From the NCBI GenBank assembly GCA_041179705.1, contig JBEGSW010000002.1:1-59903 (forward strand): a DNA stretch of 59,903 bases. Reading direction: 5' to 3'. The translations under genes and the position numbers were made by a program. Shown here one piece after another: positions 19,630 to 30,634 of the stretch; position 1 is the stretch's first letter; each line of letters begins with the position of its first letter. The stretch is from Bacillota bacterium (GTDB taxonomy: Bacteria; Bacillota; Bacilli; Paenibacillales; JBEGSW01). The notes below the pieces were generated by a model that saw only the letters and a list, made by a program, of their open reading frames with translations, was not told the DNA's origin and ran no database searches.

Positions 19630-20982
19630 TCACCATCCTTTCTCTGCATCCGCCAATTGGAGCAAATGCGCTCTTGCATCCGAAATCAAATATAATGTGC
19701 CTGATACCACACCTAAATCCCCATCACTCGTTACTTCCCGAAGTTTGGCTAATGCAAGTCGCCAATCCGATTCAACGACAATTGTTGCCTTCGAACCGAT
19801 CTCAGCTTGTACGTCTTCAGCCATCGCAGCGAGTTTCGCCGCAGTAAGTTTCTTACGAAAATCCGGTTCCGTTACAATTAATGTATGCACCAAAGGCAAA
19901 ATATGTGCCAAATACCCACGTTGATCCTTTGTCTCTAACATGCCCATTGCAACGTGTAACCGATCATAGGTATATACATCTTCCAACGCTGCCGCTAGCG
20001 CCTTCGCCCCCTCAGGGTTGTGTGCCCCATCAAGCAACAAACGCGGATGTTCGGAAACCATCTCCAAGCGTCCCGCCCATTTCGTCGCACGGAGCGCTTC
20101 CGCTTCTGAACCTTCTTCCGTAATCACAGCATAAAACTGGCGCAATACTTCCAAAGCCATTACTGCACATGCCGCATTTTTTACTTGGTGCTCGCCAACC
20201 ATCGAAAGTTGCAATTCCTCCAACGTGCGAAACGGTCCAGAAAAATCAAACCGTTGTCCTGCTTCGGTGCTCTCGATTAGGTCGTAATTAAATTGTTCGC
20301 CAAGTAAGTATAATGTGCTCCGTTTGGCCGCCGCAGTTTCACGAATGACTTGAATCACTTCTGGTTGTTCCACGGCACTGATAACAGGCACGCCAGCTTT
20401 AATAATGCCCGCTTTTTCGGCAGCAATTTGTTCAAGCGTATCGCCAAGCACGTCCATATGATCATGCCCAATGTTCGTAATGATGGAAAGCAATGGATGA
20501 ACAACATTCGTGCAATCCAAGCGCCCGCCTAGCCCCGTCTCCCATACCACAAAGTCGGGATAAGATTCTTTCGCAAAATGCAGCAAGGCCATCATCGTTA
20601 CAACCTCGAACATCGTCGGCGAACCAAGTTCACTTTCAGCGAGTTCGTCTACCATCGGTTTCAACACGTTAGCCCAGCCAATCACTTGCTCCTCGGAAAT
20701 ACCCTCGTCATTTGTGCAAATGCGATTCGTAAACTTGTCCAGGTAAGGGGACGTGAACGTGCCAACCACATAGCCTTGTGTTGTCAACAATTTCGTCATG
20801 TATGCACAGACCGAACCTTTGCCGTTCGTGCCTGCAACGTGAATGAATTTCAAGCGACGCTCGGGATGACCGACACGTTCCAGCATCACATCCAGGCGCT
20901 CAAGTCCTGGACGAATGCCGAATGGAATCAAACCGTTGATCCAGTGAATCGCCTCATTATAGTTCGTAAAGGTTGCCATCAT
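19630..20982 (-). CDS. folC: bifunctional folylpolyglutamate synthase / dihydrofolate synthase
   Basis: Mur-ligase-family P-loop HVAGTNGKGS. 450 aa, immediately downstream of valS. Confidence 0.9.
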   Translation of the reverse strand: MMATFTNYNEAIHWINGLIPFGIRPGLERLDVMLERVGHPERRLKFIHVAGTNGKGSVCAYMTKLLTTQGYVVGTFTSPYLDKFTNRICTNDEGISEEQVIGWANVLKPMVDELAESELGSPTMFEVVTMMALLHFAKESYPDFVVWETGLGGRLDCTNVVHPLLSIITNIGHDHMDVLGDTLEQIAAEKAGIIKAGVPVISAVEQPEVIQVIRETAAAKRSTLYLLGEQFNYDLIESTEAGQRFDFSGPFRTLEELQLSMVGEHQVKNAACAVMALEVLRQFYAVITEEGSEAEALRATKWAGRLEMVSEHPRLLLDGAHNPEGAKALAAALEDVYTYDRLHVAMGMLETKDQRGYLAHILPLVHTLIVTEPDFRKKLTAAKLAAMAEDVQAEIGSKATIVVESDWRLALAKLREVTSDGDLGVVSGTLYLISDARAHLLQLADAEKGW

Positions 20983-20984
20983 GG

Positions 20985-23654
20985 TTACCCTCTCAACTCC
21001 GCAATACGCGCGATCACTTTCTCACGCTTCTCGCTGTACATTTTGAGTTTTTCCTTCTCTTCGTCGATGACACGCGCTGGCGCTTTAGCTACGAAACCTT
21101 CGTTGCCTAATTTGCCTTCGATTCGTGCGACTTCACCGTTTAATAAATCTACTTCTTTGTTGAGTCGGGCAATTTCTTGCTCGATGTCGATCAAGCCTGC
21201 AAGCGGGAAGTACAATTCCGCATCAGCAATAACCGATGTCATCGCTTTATCCGGGGCAACCAAATCGCTGGAAACTTCCAACTTCGATGCCGCAGCAAAA
21301 CGTTCGATGTAAATCAAGTTGCGCTCAAATACGGACAAAGCCTCCGGTGTAGCCGGGCGAATCATCAACTCGATCTTCTTGCTCATCGGCACGTTCACTT
21401 CTGCACGAATATTACGAACGGCGCGAATTGCTTCCATCAACAAGTTCATTTCTTTGACCGCTTCTACTGCTTCGAATTTCGCATCGTATACCGGCCATGC
21501 AGCAAGTACCGTCGTTTCGCCTTCAACTGGCAATTGTTCGCGAATTTCTTCGGAGATGAATGGCATGAATGGGTGCAATAGACGCAACGTCTGGTCTAAT
21601 ACATAGACAAGAACCGCTTGGGTTTGTTTCTTCGCGACCGCATCTTGGCCATACAAGGTCAATTTGGAGAACTCGATGTACCAGTCACAGAAATCATCCC
21701 AGATGAAGTCATACAATTTACGGCCTGTTTCACCGAAATCATACGCATCCATCAAGCGTGTTACGTCTGCAACGGTCTCGTTCAAGCGATGCATGATCCA
21801 CTTGTCTGCGGATGTAAATGGACCATTCCAATCGATTGCCACTTCTTCAGCGGACAATCCTTCTACGTTCATCAAGACGAAACGCGATGCATTCCAAATT
21901 TTGTTCGCGAAGTTACGTGCTTGCTCTACGCGCTCGAGGCGGAAACGCAAATCTTGACCTGGCGTGCTTCCCGTTGACAACATGAATCGCAACGCATCCG
22001 CGCCATATTGCTCAATGATTTCCAACGGATCAACCCCGTTACCAAGCGACTTGGACATTTTACGTCCTTCTGCATCACGAACTAGTCCATGAATTAACAC
22101 ATCTTTAAACGGATTTTCGTCTGTGAAATTCAACGCGGTAAAGATCATGCGAGCAACCCAGAAGTAGATGATGTCATAGCCCGTAACCAAAACATTGGTT
22201 GGATAGTAGCGCGCCAAATCTTCTGTCATTTCTGGCCAACCCATCGTCGAGAACGGCCATAACGCTGAGCTGAACCATGTATCCAATACATCATTGTCTT
22301 GGCGCACTTTCGCGCTGCCACAATGCGAACAACACGTTGCATCTTCTTTCGCAACTGTTACTTCATTACAATCTTCGCAATACCACGCCGGAATGCGATG
22401 TCCCCACCACAATTGACGGGAAATACACCAGTCGTGAATGTTCTCGATCCAATTCAAATACGTCTTCTCAAAACGGTCAGGCACAAAGTTCACGCCATTT
22501 CCGGACTTTTGACGCTTAATTGCAGCATCAGCAAGCGGGCCCATCTTCACGAACCATTGTGTAGACAAATAAGGTTCGATTACAGCGCCACTACGCTCGG
22601 AATGACCGACTTGATGGACATGTTCTTCGATTTTGACCAATACGCCGATTTCTTCTAAGTACGTAACTAACTGATCGCGACATTCAAAACGGTCCATATC
22701 TACATACGGTCCCGCATTTTCATTCATACGACCGTCTTCACGCATGACGAGTATTTGTGGCAAGTCGTGGCGTTTACCGACTTCAAAGTCATTCGGATCA
22801 TGGGCAGGTGTAATCTTAACCGCACCGCTACCGAAATCTTTCTCCACGTATTCATCCCCAATGATTGGGATTTCACGGTTGACGATAGGAAGTGTAATGG
22901 TCTTTCCAATTAAATGTTTATAGCGATCATCTTCCGGATGCACCGCTACCGCTGTATCACCAAGCATCGTCTCTGGACGAGTCGTCGCTACGACAATGTG
23001 ACCGGAGCCATCGCTGAGTGGGTATTGCAAGTGGTACAATTTCCCGTTGACTTCTTTGTATTCAACCTCGATGTCAGACAACGCTGTACGAGCTGTGGGA
23101 TCCCAGTTGATGATGTATTTGCCACGGAAAATCAGACCCTGCTCATATAAACGCACGAATACTTCGCGCACGGCTTGAGAAAGGCCCTCATCTAATGTAA
23201 AACGCTCGCGAGAGTAATCGAGGGATAGTCCCATTTTGTCCCATTGTGTGCGAATGTTAGACGCATAATGTTCTTTCCATTCCCATACTTTTTCGAGAAA
23301 CTTCTCGCGACCTAGGTCATAACGAGAAAGGCCCTGTGAGCGCAACTGCCATTCCACGCGCGTCTGTGTTGCGATCCCCGCATGGTCTGTACCAGGTAAC
23401 CAAAGTGCATCATAGCCTTGCATGCGCTTCATGCGCACAAGAATATCTTGCAATGTGAAATCGAGGGCATGTCCAATGTGGAGCATCCCCGTTACGTTCG
23501 GTGGTGGAATTACGATTGAGAATGCTGGTGCATCCTTGCGGTCTTTCGGTGTAAAGTATTGGCCATCTGCCCAACGCTTCGTCCATTTCGCTTCCGCTTG
23601 TTTCGGATCATATGTGGTCGATACGTTTGGTTGGTTTGTGTTTTGCTCTGACAT
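20985..23654 (-). CDS. valS: valine--tRNA ligase
   Basis: HIGH motif (MLHIGHAL), KMSKS motif and a C-terminal coiled coil. The ATG at 23654 has better RBS spacing than the ORF-track ATG at 23660. Confidence 0.95.
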   Translation of the reverse strand: MSEQNTNQPNVSTTYDPKQAEAKWTKRWADGQYFTPKDRKDAPAFSIVIPPPNVTGMLHIGHALDFTLQDILVRMKRMQGYDALWLPGTDHAGIATQTRVEWQLRSQGLSRYDLGREKFLEKVWEWKEHYASNIRTQWDKMGLSLDYSRERFTLDEGLSQAVREVFVRLYEQGLIFRGKYIINWDPTARTALSDIEVEYKEVNGKLYHLQYPLSDGSGHIVVATTRPETMLGDTAVAVHPEDDRYKHLIGKTITLPIVNREIPIIGDEYVEKDFGSGAVKITPAHDPNDFEVGKRHDLPQILVMREDGRMNENAGPYVDMDRFECRDQLVTYLEEIGVLVKIEEHVHQVGHSERSGAVIEPYLSTQWFVKMGPLADAAIKRQKSGNGVNFVPDRFEKTYLNWIENIHDWCISRQLWWGHRIPAWYCEDCNEVTVAKEDATCCSHCGSAKVRQDNDVLDTWFSSALWPFSTMGWPEMTEDLARYYPTNVLVTGYDIIYFWVARMIFTALNFTDENPFKDVLIHGLVRDAEGRKMSKSLGNGVDPLEIIEQYGADALRFMLSTGSTPGQDLRFRLERVEQARNFANKIWNASRFVLMNVEGLSAEEVAIDWNGPFTSADKWIMHRLNETVADVTRLMDAYDFGETGRKLYDFIWDDFCDWYIEFSKLTLYGQDAVAKKQTQAVLVYVLDQTLRLLHPFMPFISEEIREQLPVEGETTVLAAWPVYDAKFEAVEAVKEMNLLMEAIRAVRNIRAEVNVPMSKKIELMIRPATPEALSVFERNLIYIERFAAASKLEVSSDLVAPDKAMTSVIADAELYFPLAGLIDIEQEIARLNKEVDLLNGEVARIEGKLGNEGFVAKAPARVIDEEKEKLKMYSEKREKVIARIAELRG

Positions 23655-23682
23655 TGTCATTCTCCTCTGTGTGTAGCGAAAT

Positions 23683-23948
23683 AAAAAAAGCCTTCCGTCC
23701 TCAATAAGGACGAAAGACTATAGCTTCCGTGGTACCACCTTGATTCCATCACAAATGCAGTGACAGCGCTCGGACCTTGTAACGGGGGTTAGCCGGCTGG
23801 AACTACACCTTAGCGGTTCGCTCAAGCAACTCCGAGGCGACTTCTGAAAGCATGTATCCTTATGAAGCCTTTCAGCAACTAGCTGGCTTCACTCTCTGCA
23901 AGGTGACTTTCGTACTACTCCTCATCAACGTTCCTATTCCTTTTCAAC
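23683..23948 (-). promoter_or_regulatory. T-box riboswitch leader (valine specifier GUC) with terminator
   Basis: Read on the minus strand. The stem I region shows GATGAGGAGTAGTA, GCAGAGAG and a distal GCTGAAAGG loop. The specifier loop reads AGAA-GUC-G (GUC at 23841-23839). The T-box sequence is AAGGTGGTACCACGG (23744-23726). A terminator hairpin plus T7 run lies at 23683-23715. Confidence 0.85.
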
Positions 23949-23954
23949 ATAATA

Positions 23955-23983
23955 AATATACCGATTTTCCCCTTTTGAGTCAA
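23955..23983 (-). promoter_or_regulatory. sigma-A promoter of the valS T-box leader
   Basis: On the minus strand, TTGACT (23983-23978), an exact 17-nt spacer, then TATATT (23960-23955). Confidence 0.65.
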
Positions 23984-24031
23984 TCATTCGGGCGGTATTT
24001 CATACGATGTGGAAAAGGATGGTGTTGCCCC

Positions 24032-24196
24032 TTGATTCGATGGTGGTATAAAATTCGCCACTCGTTAAAAATGTTGATTTTACCTTTGATTGCGCTGCAA
24101 TTCGTTCGCACGTTGTTTTTTCCAAACCCATTTGATGTACTTATTCTATTTCTATTTTTCTTGTTATTCGCTGGATTTATGTTTGATCTCATTTAA
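24032..24196 (+). CDS. possible small hydrophobic protein (about 54 aa from TTG, 41 aa from ATG)
   Basis: The C-terminal part of the plus-strand ORF 23852-24196 encodes LILPLIALQFVRTLFFPNPFDVLILFLFFLLFAGFMFDLI. A weak AAGGA lies 13 nt before the TTG at 24032. The ORF is divergent from the valS promoter and its stop overlaps the spoVID stop. Confidence 0.3.
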   Translation: MIRWWYKIRHSLKMLILPLIALQFVRTLFFPNPFDVLILFLFFLLFAGFMFDLI

Positions 24197-24957
24197 GGAA
24201 TAATCAGGATTTGGCCATCGCACAATTCGTCGTCTTCGTGCAGACGGTTGATGAGGCGGAGTTCGCGTAGCGTCTTGTTATAGCGGTTGCAGATATCGGT
24301 CCATGTATCCGTCTTTTGAACGATGCAACAACGAATCGTATGATGCGGGCGTTGCTCCGTCTCGATGCGAATCAATGAGCGTTTCAACTCGATTTCAACT
24401 GGTTCGGGTTGGGGTTGTGGGGGTGCGGGTGCTGGAGTTGGTTCAGGGACTGGGATTGGAGCCGGAACCGGAACCGGGGTTGGAACGGGTATTGGAATCG
24501 GTTCGGCGATTGGCTTCGCTTTCTCCATTGCTAGTTCGACGGTTTCAATCGGCTCTAAAGGTTCTGACGATGTGGTCGCATGAATCAGCTGAATGCCATT
24601 TAGCGAAAGCACACCGGTTACATCCAATGTCCGGGGTTGACTGACTTCGACATCAAACTGTTCAACCTGCACGTCAATCGTGTCCAGATTGGATACACGG
24701 CTCATTGGCAGTGTAATGTCTACGGGGATGGTCTGATAAATTTCTTGCACATATTCACCTTGATGGTCATTTTTGGCAATATACGATCCCTGCAAGATCA
24801 AATCACCATGCAAAGACGCTTCGTTGTTCCGTGTTTCAACATGAATATTCGGAATCAGTTCGATTTCTTCTAGCGCCTCAATCGATGCAGCTGTCGCTTG
24901 TAATTGCACGCGTTCATACAGGTCAAGGCGGATGCCTTCTTGTTGGTGGTTGGACAT
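24193..24957 (-). CDS. spoVID: stage VI sporulation protein D-like (N-terminal SpoVID domain, Pro-rich linker, C-terminal LysM)
   Basis: The position between the hem cluster and valS matches B. subtilis spoVID. The C-terminus (HTIRCCIVQKTDTWTDICNRYNKTLRELRLINRL...DGQILIIP) looks like a LysM domain. The central linker is a run of PxP/PV repeats. Confidence 0.65.
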   Translation of the reverse strand: MSNHQQEGIRLDLYERVQLQATAASIEALEEIELIPNIHVETRNNEASLHGDLILQGSYIAKNDHQGEYVQEIYQTIPVDITLPMSRVSNLDTIDVQVEQFDVEVSQPRTLDVTGVLSLNGIQLIHATTSSEPLEPIETVELAMEKAKPIAEPIPIPVPTPVPVPAPIPVPEPTPAPAPPQPQPEPVEIELKRSLIRIETEQRPHHTIRCCIVQKTDTWTDICNRYNKTLRELRLINRLHEDDELCDGQILIIP

Positions 24958-24994
24958 CGGTCGACTCCTCCTTCATTTCCAAGATTGTCTCTTG

Positions 24995-25837
24995 TCATGT
25001 ATATGATGGAGGAATCGGTCCATGCATCCAGCTTTGAAAATCTTCTGGAATCGGATCTTGCACAACGATGCGTTCACCCGAAAACGGATGCGCGAATGTC
25101 AACTGAACCCCATGCAACGCTTGGCGAGTCACGAGACCTTCTTGCGTCTTGCCACCGTATAACGTATCGCCTAGTAAAGGGTGCCCAAGGAAACTCAGGT
25201 GGACACGAATTTGATGGGTGCGACCTGTTTCCAACGAAAGTTCAATAAGTGCTGTATCCTCGTACTGATCAAGCACCACATAGTTCGTCAGCGCATATTG
25301 TCCCGTTGAAGAGACACGTCGACGCTGTTTGTGATGACGGTCTTTCCCAATCGGTTGCTTGATGAACCCTTTTTTCTTCGCGAATACGCCCTCGGCAATC
25401 GCCAAATACGTGCGGTCAATCGCTTTCTCGCGCATGGCTTCGTCAAGCTTCATTAAAGCTGTCTTACATTTCGCATAAAGGACGGGCCCAGTTGTATCTG
25501 TATCCAAACGATGTACATGGCGAACGGCCACTTGTTGCCCCGTCGATTGATAATAAGCTGCAACGATATTCGCTAATGTATCAGTATCTGGTTGCTCTGA
25601 CTTTCGATCTGTTGGATGTACTTTGAGTCCCGCGGGCTTATGAACAACCATACAGAAATCATCTTCATACAACACTTCTAATTCACGCGAATAATTCGGC
25701 TCAAATCCAAGTTCCTCTGCAGGAAACATATGCAACCGCGTACGGTCAGGTAACTCGATAAACTCGCCTTTTCGTTTGTAATTCAACTGTTTTATCTCCT
25801 TTAAATCGCATATCGATGTCCCTACACGTCTGTTCAA
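24995..25837 (-). CDS. RluA-family pseudouridine synthase
   Basis: Catalytic Asp motif HRLDTDTTGPVL and HQIRVHL. 280 aa, with no S4 domain. Confidence 0.85.
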   Translation of the reverse strand: MNRRVGTSICDLKEIKQLNYKRKGEFIELPDRTRLHMFPAEELGFEPNYSRELEVLYEDDFCMVVHKPAGLKVHPTDRKSEQPDTDTLANIVAAYYQSTGQQVAVRHVHRLDTDTTGPVLYAKCKTALMKLDEAMREKAIDRTYLAIAEGVFAKKKGFIKQPIGKDRHHKQRRRVSSTGQYALTNYVVLDQYEDTALIELSLETGRTHQIRVHLSFLGHPLLGDTLYGGKTQEGLVTRQALHGVQLTFAHPFSGERIVVQDPIPEDFQSWMHGPIPPSYT

Positions 25838-25938
25838 GAAATTTAAATATCGTTAACCATTGCAGTATATAAAAATCTATTTTCTTGAACACGACTCATC
25901 TCATACCTATCTAGCAACGCTGCAAAATCAATTTCATC

Positions 25939-27357
25939 CTAATCGTTCAATGCTTTGCCAGCTGCATCTTTCCCTTGCTTGATGCAATCAGGAAGTCCGA
26001 CGCCATAATAGGCGGAACCAGCAAGGAAGATGCCTGGCGCCGACTTTGCTAGAGCCGATTGCACATCCTCCAGCACATCCAAATGTCCGACTGGGTATTG
26101 TGGCATTGATTTCGCCCAACGATTAACCTTTACAAATAGCGGTTCTGCATCGATATCTGATAGTTCACGAAGATCTTTTCTGACACCTTCTATCATTTGC
26201 TCATCCGTCAACGACTGCCACTCTTCATGCCCTTGGCGACCGACGTAACAACGTAGGACGACTCGATTATCAGGTGCGGTATGCCCCCACTTCGAAGACG
26301 TCCACGTGCATGCTGTAATCAAGCGACCCTCACGCTTCGGAACGACATAACCCGAGCCATCAAGCGGAGCCTGGACATGTGCTTTATCATATACCAAAAT
26401 CACATTCGCGACTGAGACATAGGCAATGTCACGCAATTTCGAAACAGTTGGCTCAATCGGCTCGAGCAGGTCCGCCGTAGAGAACGCTGGTGTTGCCACG
26501 ATTACACGATCTGCTGTTAATTCTTTTCCGTTCTCACACGTAATTGTGTAGGTTTCATTTGATTTTCGGATGGCCGAGACCGTCGTTTGATTAAGTAATT
26601 TTACGCCATCGTTTTCGAGTCGTGTAATTAGTTTAGCGATCAAGGAGGTTAAGCCATTTTGGAACGACAGAAACATTGAACGCTTCGCAATCGCTGGCAA
26701 TTCAGCACTGGAAGCAACTTGTTGACGACTCTTTGTCATGCCAATAATCAACGAGCGATGCTTGCGTTCAATCGCTTCAAACTGTGGGAATGTCGCTCGT
26801 AGACTCAACTTATCGCAATCACCTGCGTAAATACCAGCCAACAATGGTTCTGCAATGCGCTCCATCACTTGATCGCCTAAGCGACGACGCAAAAATGAAC
26901 CGAGCGATTCATCGCCAAGCGTGACATCTCGTCTAGGTAAGACAAGATCGAAACCCGCGCGCATCTTGCCGATAAGCGAAATCAGGCCCGTTCGTGCGAA
27001 CGGACCGACTTGTGTAGGCACGCCGAGCATTAATCCTTGTGGCATTAAGTGTGCTTTACCTTTATGAATAATATACGTCTTCTTCGCAGCCGGATTGGTC
27101 GCGACCAGTTGGTCTTCGAATCCTAAAGCACGGACCAACTCTAACATTGGTAATTTGCGACCCAAAAAAGAATCAGGGCCATGCTCCATCACAAAGCCAT
27201 CTTTCACAACGGTACGGACTTTTCCGCCAAATGTATCGGCCTGCTCTATGACAGTTACTTCAGCATCGACACCGTTTTGACGCGCCTCATGCATTGCCCA
27301 AAACGCTGCACTTAAGCCCGTCATCCCGCCACCAATGACGACAATTCGCTTGCTCAT
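25939..27357 (-). CDS. hemY: protoporphyrinogen/coproporphyrinogen III oxidase (HemY/CgoX)
   Basis: FAD-binding VVIGGGMTGLSAA motif. 472 aa, overlaps the hemH 3' end by 4 nt. Confidence 0.85.
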   Translation of the reverse strand: MSKRIVVIGGGMTGLSAAFWAMHEARQNGVDAEVTVIEQADTFGGKVRTVVKDGFVMEHGPDSFLGRKLPMLELVRALGFEDQLVATNPAAKKTYIIHKGKAHLMPQGLMLGVPTQVGPFARTGLISLIGKMRAGFDLVLPRRDVTLGDESLGSFLRRRLGDQVMERIAEPLLAGIYAGDCDKLSLRATFPQFEAIERKHRSLIIGMTKSRQQVASSAELPAIAKRSMFLSFQNGLTSLIAKLITRLENDGVKLLNQTTVSAIRKSNETYTITCENGKELTADRVIVATPAFSTADLLEPIEPTVSKLRDIAYVSVANVILVYDKAHVQAPLDGSGYVVPKREGRLITACTWTSSKWGHTAPDNRVVLRCYVGRQGHEEWQSLTDEQMIEGVRKDLRELSDIDAEPLFVKVNRWAKSMPQYPVGHLDVLEDVQSALAKSAPGIFLAGSAYYGVGLPDCIKQGKDAAGKALND

Positions 27358-28274
27358 ACCGCCATAACCTCATCAGCGAGCAATCGCATATATAACGGAT
27401 CTGTATTCAACATTGCAGTGCGCTCCAAGTGCATGCCGATTTCTTTCGCCACGTCCTGCGCCTCAATATCTAAGTCATACAACACTTCCAAGTGATCGGA
27501 GACAAACCCGATTGGACATACCAAAACAGCGTTTACTCCCTCTTCTTCCTTCAATGTACGCAAAACGTCCATGATGTCTGGGCCTAACCAAGGTACGCCG
27601 GTTTGCCCTGCAGATTGCCAGCCGAACTGCCAGTTGGAGATATCCGCATCTTTCGCAATCGCGCGAGAAGTCTCTAACAATTGTTCTGGGTATGGATCGC
27701 CAATCTCCAAAATACGCGTAGGAAGACTGTGTGCCGTGAACAACACTTTCAAGCCAACACGCTCTTCTAACGTGAACTTTGCGATGCCATCTTGTACGCG
27801 TTTCACTAACGCTTCGATGAGAAGTGGATTCAAGTGGTAGTTTTTGATATTCGTTAATGCAATGCCGAACTTCGCTGCTGCTTCATCCGCACGTTTGGTG
27901 TAACTCCCGACGCTCATTGAGGAATAATGCGGGGCAAGAACAATCCCCACCGCTTTTTGGATCCCGTCTTTCGCCATTTGTTCCACGCCATCTTCGACGA
28001 ATGGATACGCATGCTTCAAGCCTTGATAGCAGACATACTTCCCTGGCGCCAATTCATCAAGCATCGCTTGAATGCCTTTGAATTGGTTGTCCGTATTTTG
28101 ACGAAGTGGGAAGAAACCGCCCACAATCGCTGCATAGCGGTCCGTCAATTCTTGTAATTGTTCAGGACTTGGTGGATTGCCACGACGAATGTGCGTGTAG
28201 TACGCCTCGACTTGATCCAAACTTTCTGGTGTTCCATAGGACATCACTAATACGCCAATTTTTTCAGCACTCAT
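27354..28274 (-). CDS. hemH: ferrochelatase (coproporphyrin ferrochelatase type)
   Basis: 306-aa ferrochelatase fold with GVLVMSYGTP at the N-terminus and a conserved FTAHSLP segment. Sits between hemE and hemY. Confidence 0.85.
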   Translation of the reverse strand: MSAEKIGVLVMSYGTPESLDQVEAYYTHIRRGNPPSPEQLQELTDRYAAIVGGFFPLRQNTDNQFKGIQAMLDELAPGKYVCYQGLKHAYPFVEDGVEQMAKDGIQKAVGIVLAPHYSSMSVGSYTKRADEAAAKFGIALTNIKNYHLNPLLIEALVKRVQDGIAKFTLEERVGLKVLFTAHSLPTRILEIGDPYPEQLLETSRAIAKDADISNWQFGWQSAGQTGVPWLGPDIMDVLRTLKEEEGVNAVLVCPIGFVSDHLEVLYDLDIEAQDVAKEIGMHLERTAMLNTDPLYMRLLADEVMAV

Positions 28275-29326
28275 TTCGCGTTCTCCTTTGCTAATTGAAT
28301 TCGGGAATATTCATGTACAAAAGCCGTTAACTCTTTTAATTGCTCCAACGAAGCTTCCGGGAACAGGCCATGACCAAGGTTGAAAATGTACCCCGGTTGT
28401 TGCACGCCCGCATCGATAATCTTCGCTGCTTCTTTTGTTAAATAATCGAGTGGCGCGGTCAAAACAGTTGGATCCAAGTTACCCTGCACCGCAAATTTAT
28501 TTCCTAAACGTGCGCGGCCTTCGTTGATTCCTACACGCCAATCTAAGCCGACAACGTCAACTCTCAAGTTGTGTAACTCCGGCAACAATTCGCCAGAGGC
28601 GACACCTGGGAAGTAAATTTTTGGTTCCGTGCGATCAGCCAACTGTTCAAAGATCCGCTCAATCGTTGGTAAGACAAAGATGCGATAATCTTCACGCGTC
28701 AACGCCCCTACCCAGCTATCGAATAATTGTACAGCTTTGGCACCGGCATCCATCTGTGCGCGTAAATACGTTGCAACCATATCGCCAAGTTTGTCCATCA
28801 ATTTGAACCAAACTTCAGGTGCGCTATACATCATCTGTTTCGTACGCAGGTAGTTTTTCGATGGGCGGCCTTCGATCAAGTAACTCGCAATTGTGAATGG
28901 TGCACCGGCAAAGCCGATTAGTGGCACATGCAATTCACGGTCCAAAATACGAAGCGTCTCCATCACGTGATTTAAATCACCCGCCACATCAATCGGTGTT
29001 AATCGATCGACATCCGCAGCGTTACGAATCGGATTCGCAATCACCGGTCCAATGTTCGCCACGATATCAAAATCGATACCAATCGAAGCAACTGGATTCA
29101 TAATATCGGAATATAAAATCGCTGCATCCACGCCAAGTTTTTTTACCGGCATCAACGTAACTTCTGCAGCCAACTCCGGTTGACGGCAAATTTCCAACAG
29201 CGAATATTTCTCTTTAATTTTTCTGTATTCAGGGTCATAGCGACCCGCTTGACGCATATACCAGACCGGTAATTGCTCAACCGGTTGCTTGCGACAGGCG
29301 CGGATAAATGTATCGTTATAAGTCAC
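28271..29326 (-). CDS. hemE: uroporphyrinogen decarboxylase
   Basis: PVWYMRQAGRY signature. 351 aa. Confidence 0.9.
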   Translation of the reverse strand: MTYNDTFIRACRKQPVEQLPVWYMRQAGRYDPEYRKIKEKYSLLEICRQPELAAEVTLMPVKKLGVDAAILYSDIMNPVASIGIDFDIVANIGPVIANPIRNAADVDRLTPIDVAGDLNHVMETLRILDRELHVPLIGFAGAPFTIASYLIEGRPSKNYLRTKQMMYSAPEVWFKLMDKLGDMVATYLRAQMDAGAKAVQLFDSWVGALTREDYRIFVLPTIERIFEQLADRTEPKIYFPGVASGELLPELHNLRVDVVGLDWRVGINEGRARLGNKFAVQGNLDPTVLTAPLDYLTKEAAKIIDAGVQQPGYIFNLGHGLFPEASLEQLKELTAFVHEYSRIQLAKENAK

Positions 29327-29338
29327 AATAGAACCTCC

Positions 29339-30634
29339 TTAAAGTTGGGAGAACACCTTGCGGTTTGCTTCGATCGTTTGTTCAATTTGCTCCTCCGTGT
29401 GGGCTAAAGAAATGAACATGCCTTCGAATTGTGAGGGTGGCAAGGAAATTCCCTCGTCCAACATTTTCGCGAAGTAACGGTTAAATAAGGCTAAATCTGA
29501 CGTCTTTGCTGTATCGTAATTGATCACGGTTTCGTTCGTGAAGAACGGACAAACCATTGAACCGACACGATTAATTGTTAACGGAATACCATATTCATCG
29601 GCATTCGCACGTAAGCCTTGTTCAAGTCGAGCGCCACGTTGTTCCAATTGCTCGTATACACCTGGCTGCCCAAGAATATGCAGTGTCATGTGTCCTGCGG
29701 CCATCGCCAGTGGATTCCCCGACAATGTCCCCGCTTGATAAATCGGACCGCTTGGTGCGATTTGTTCCATAATTTCTTTCTTTCCGCCATAGGCGCCAAC
29801 CGGCAACCCACCACCGATGACTTTGCCCATGCACGTTAAATCCGGCGTTACGCCGAATCGACCTTGCGCACTGTTCAAATGGACGCGGAACCCAGTCATC
29901 ACTTCGTCGAAGATTAGCAAGCTACCATACTTGGTTGTGAGCGCTCGCAAGCCTTCCAAGAAACCAGGTTGGGGCGGTACAACACCCATGTTGCCGGCAA
30001 CCGGTTCAACGATGACACAAGCCAACTCTTCTCCATAGTTCTCAAACGCGACTTTCGCCGATTCCAGATCATTATAGGGAACAGTAATTGTATTTACGGC
30101 AACCGACTCTGGTACACCAGGGCTGTCTGGTAAGCCTAATGTCGCCACACCGGAACCTGCTTTAATCAGCAATGCATCGGCATGTCCGTGGTAACTACCT
30201 TCGAATTTCAAAATTTTATTTCGCTTTGTATAGCCACGAGCAAGGCGCAAGGCGCTCATTGTCGCCTCTGTTCCAGAATTCACCATTCGCACAATTTCCA
30301 CAGAAGGCATGCGCGCGATAACGAGTTTGGCCATCTCCGTTTCGAGTTCAGTTGGTGCTCCGAAGCTCGTCCCTTTTGCTGCCGTACGTTGAATCGCTTG
30401 AATGACTTCTGGACGCGCATGGCCCAAAATTAACGGTCCCCAAGAACCGATGTAATCGAGGTATTGGTTGCCGTCGATATCGTAAATGGTAGCGCCAATG
30501 CCATGATCCATGTAAACCGGGTTTAAGCCGACTTGTTTGAATGCACGAACGGGGCTATTTACGCCACCAGGCATGACTTTTTTTGCTTCTGTGAATGCTG
30601 CTTTGGACTTCTCGTGATTACGTTGTTGCGTCAT
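29339..30634 (-). CDS. hemL: glutamate-1-semialdehyde 2,1-aminomutase
   Basis: Class III aminotransferase with [10 protein letters not shown] and a PLP-lysine context [10 protein letters not shown]. Confidence 0.95.
   Translation of the reverse strand: MTQQRNHEKSKAAFTEAKKVMPGGVNSPVRAFKQVGLNPVYMDHGIGATIYDIDGNQYLDYIGSWGPLILGHARPEVIQAIQRTAAKGTSFGAPTELETEMAKLVIARMPSVEIVRMVNSGTEATMSALRLARGYTKRNKILKFEGSYHGHADALLIKAGSGVATLGLPDSPGVPESVAVNTITVPYNDLESAKVAFENYGEELACVIVEPVAGNMGVVPPQPGFLEGLRALTTKYGSLLIFDEVMTGFRVHLNSAQGRFGVTPDLTCMGKVIGGGLPVGAYGGKKEIMEQIAPSGPIYQAGTLSGNPLAMAAGHMTLHILGQPGVYEQLEQRGARLEQGLRANADEYGIPLTINRVGSMVCPFFTNETVINYDTAKTSDLALFNRYFAKMLDEGISLPPSQFEGMFISLAHTEEQIEQTIEANRKVFSQL

Noticed and set aside
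24303-24644. Gly/Val-rich plus-strand ORFs inside spoVID (24303-24644 and 24365-24583).
   Set aside because: They are the antisense reading of the proline-rich repeat tract. No independent coding signal.
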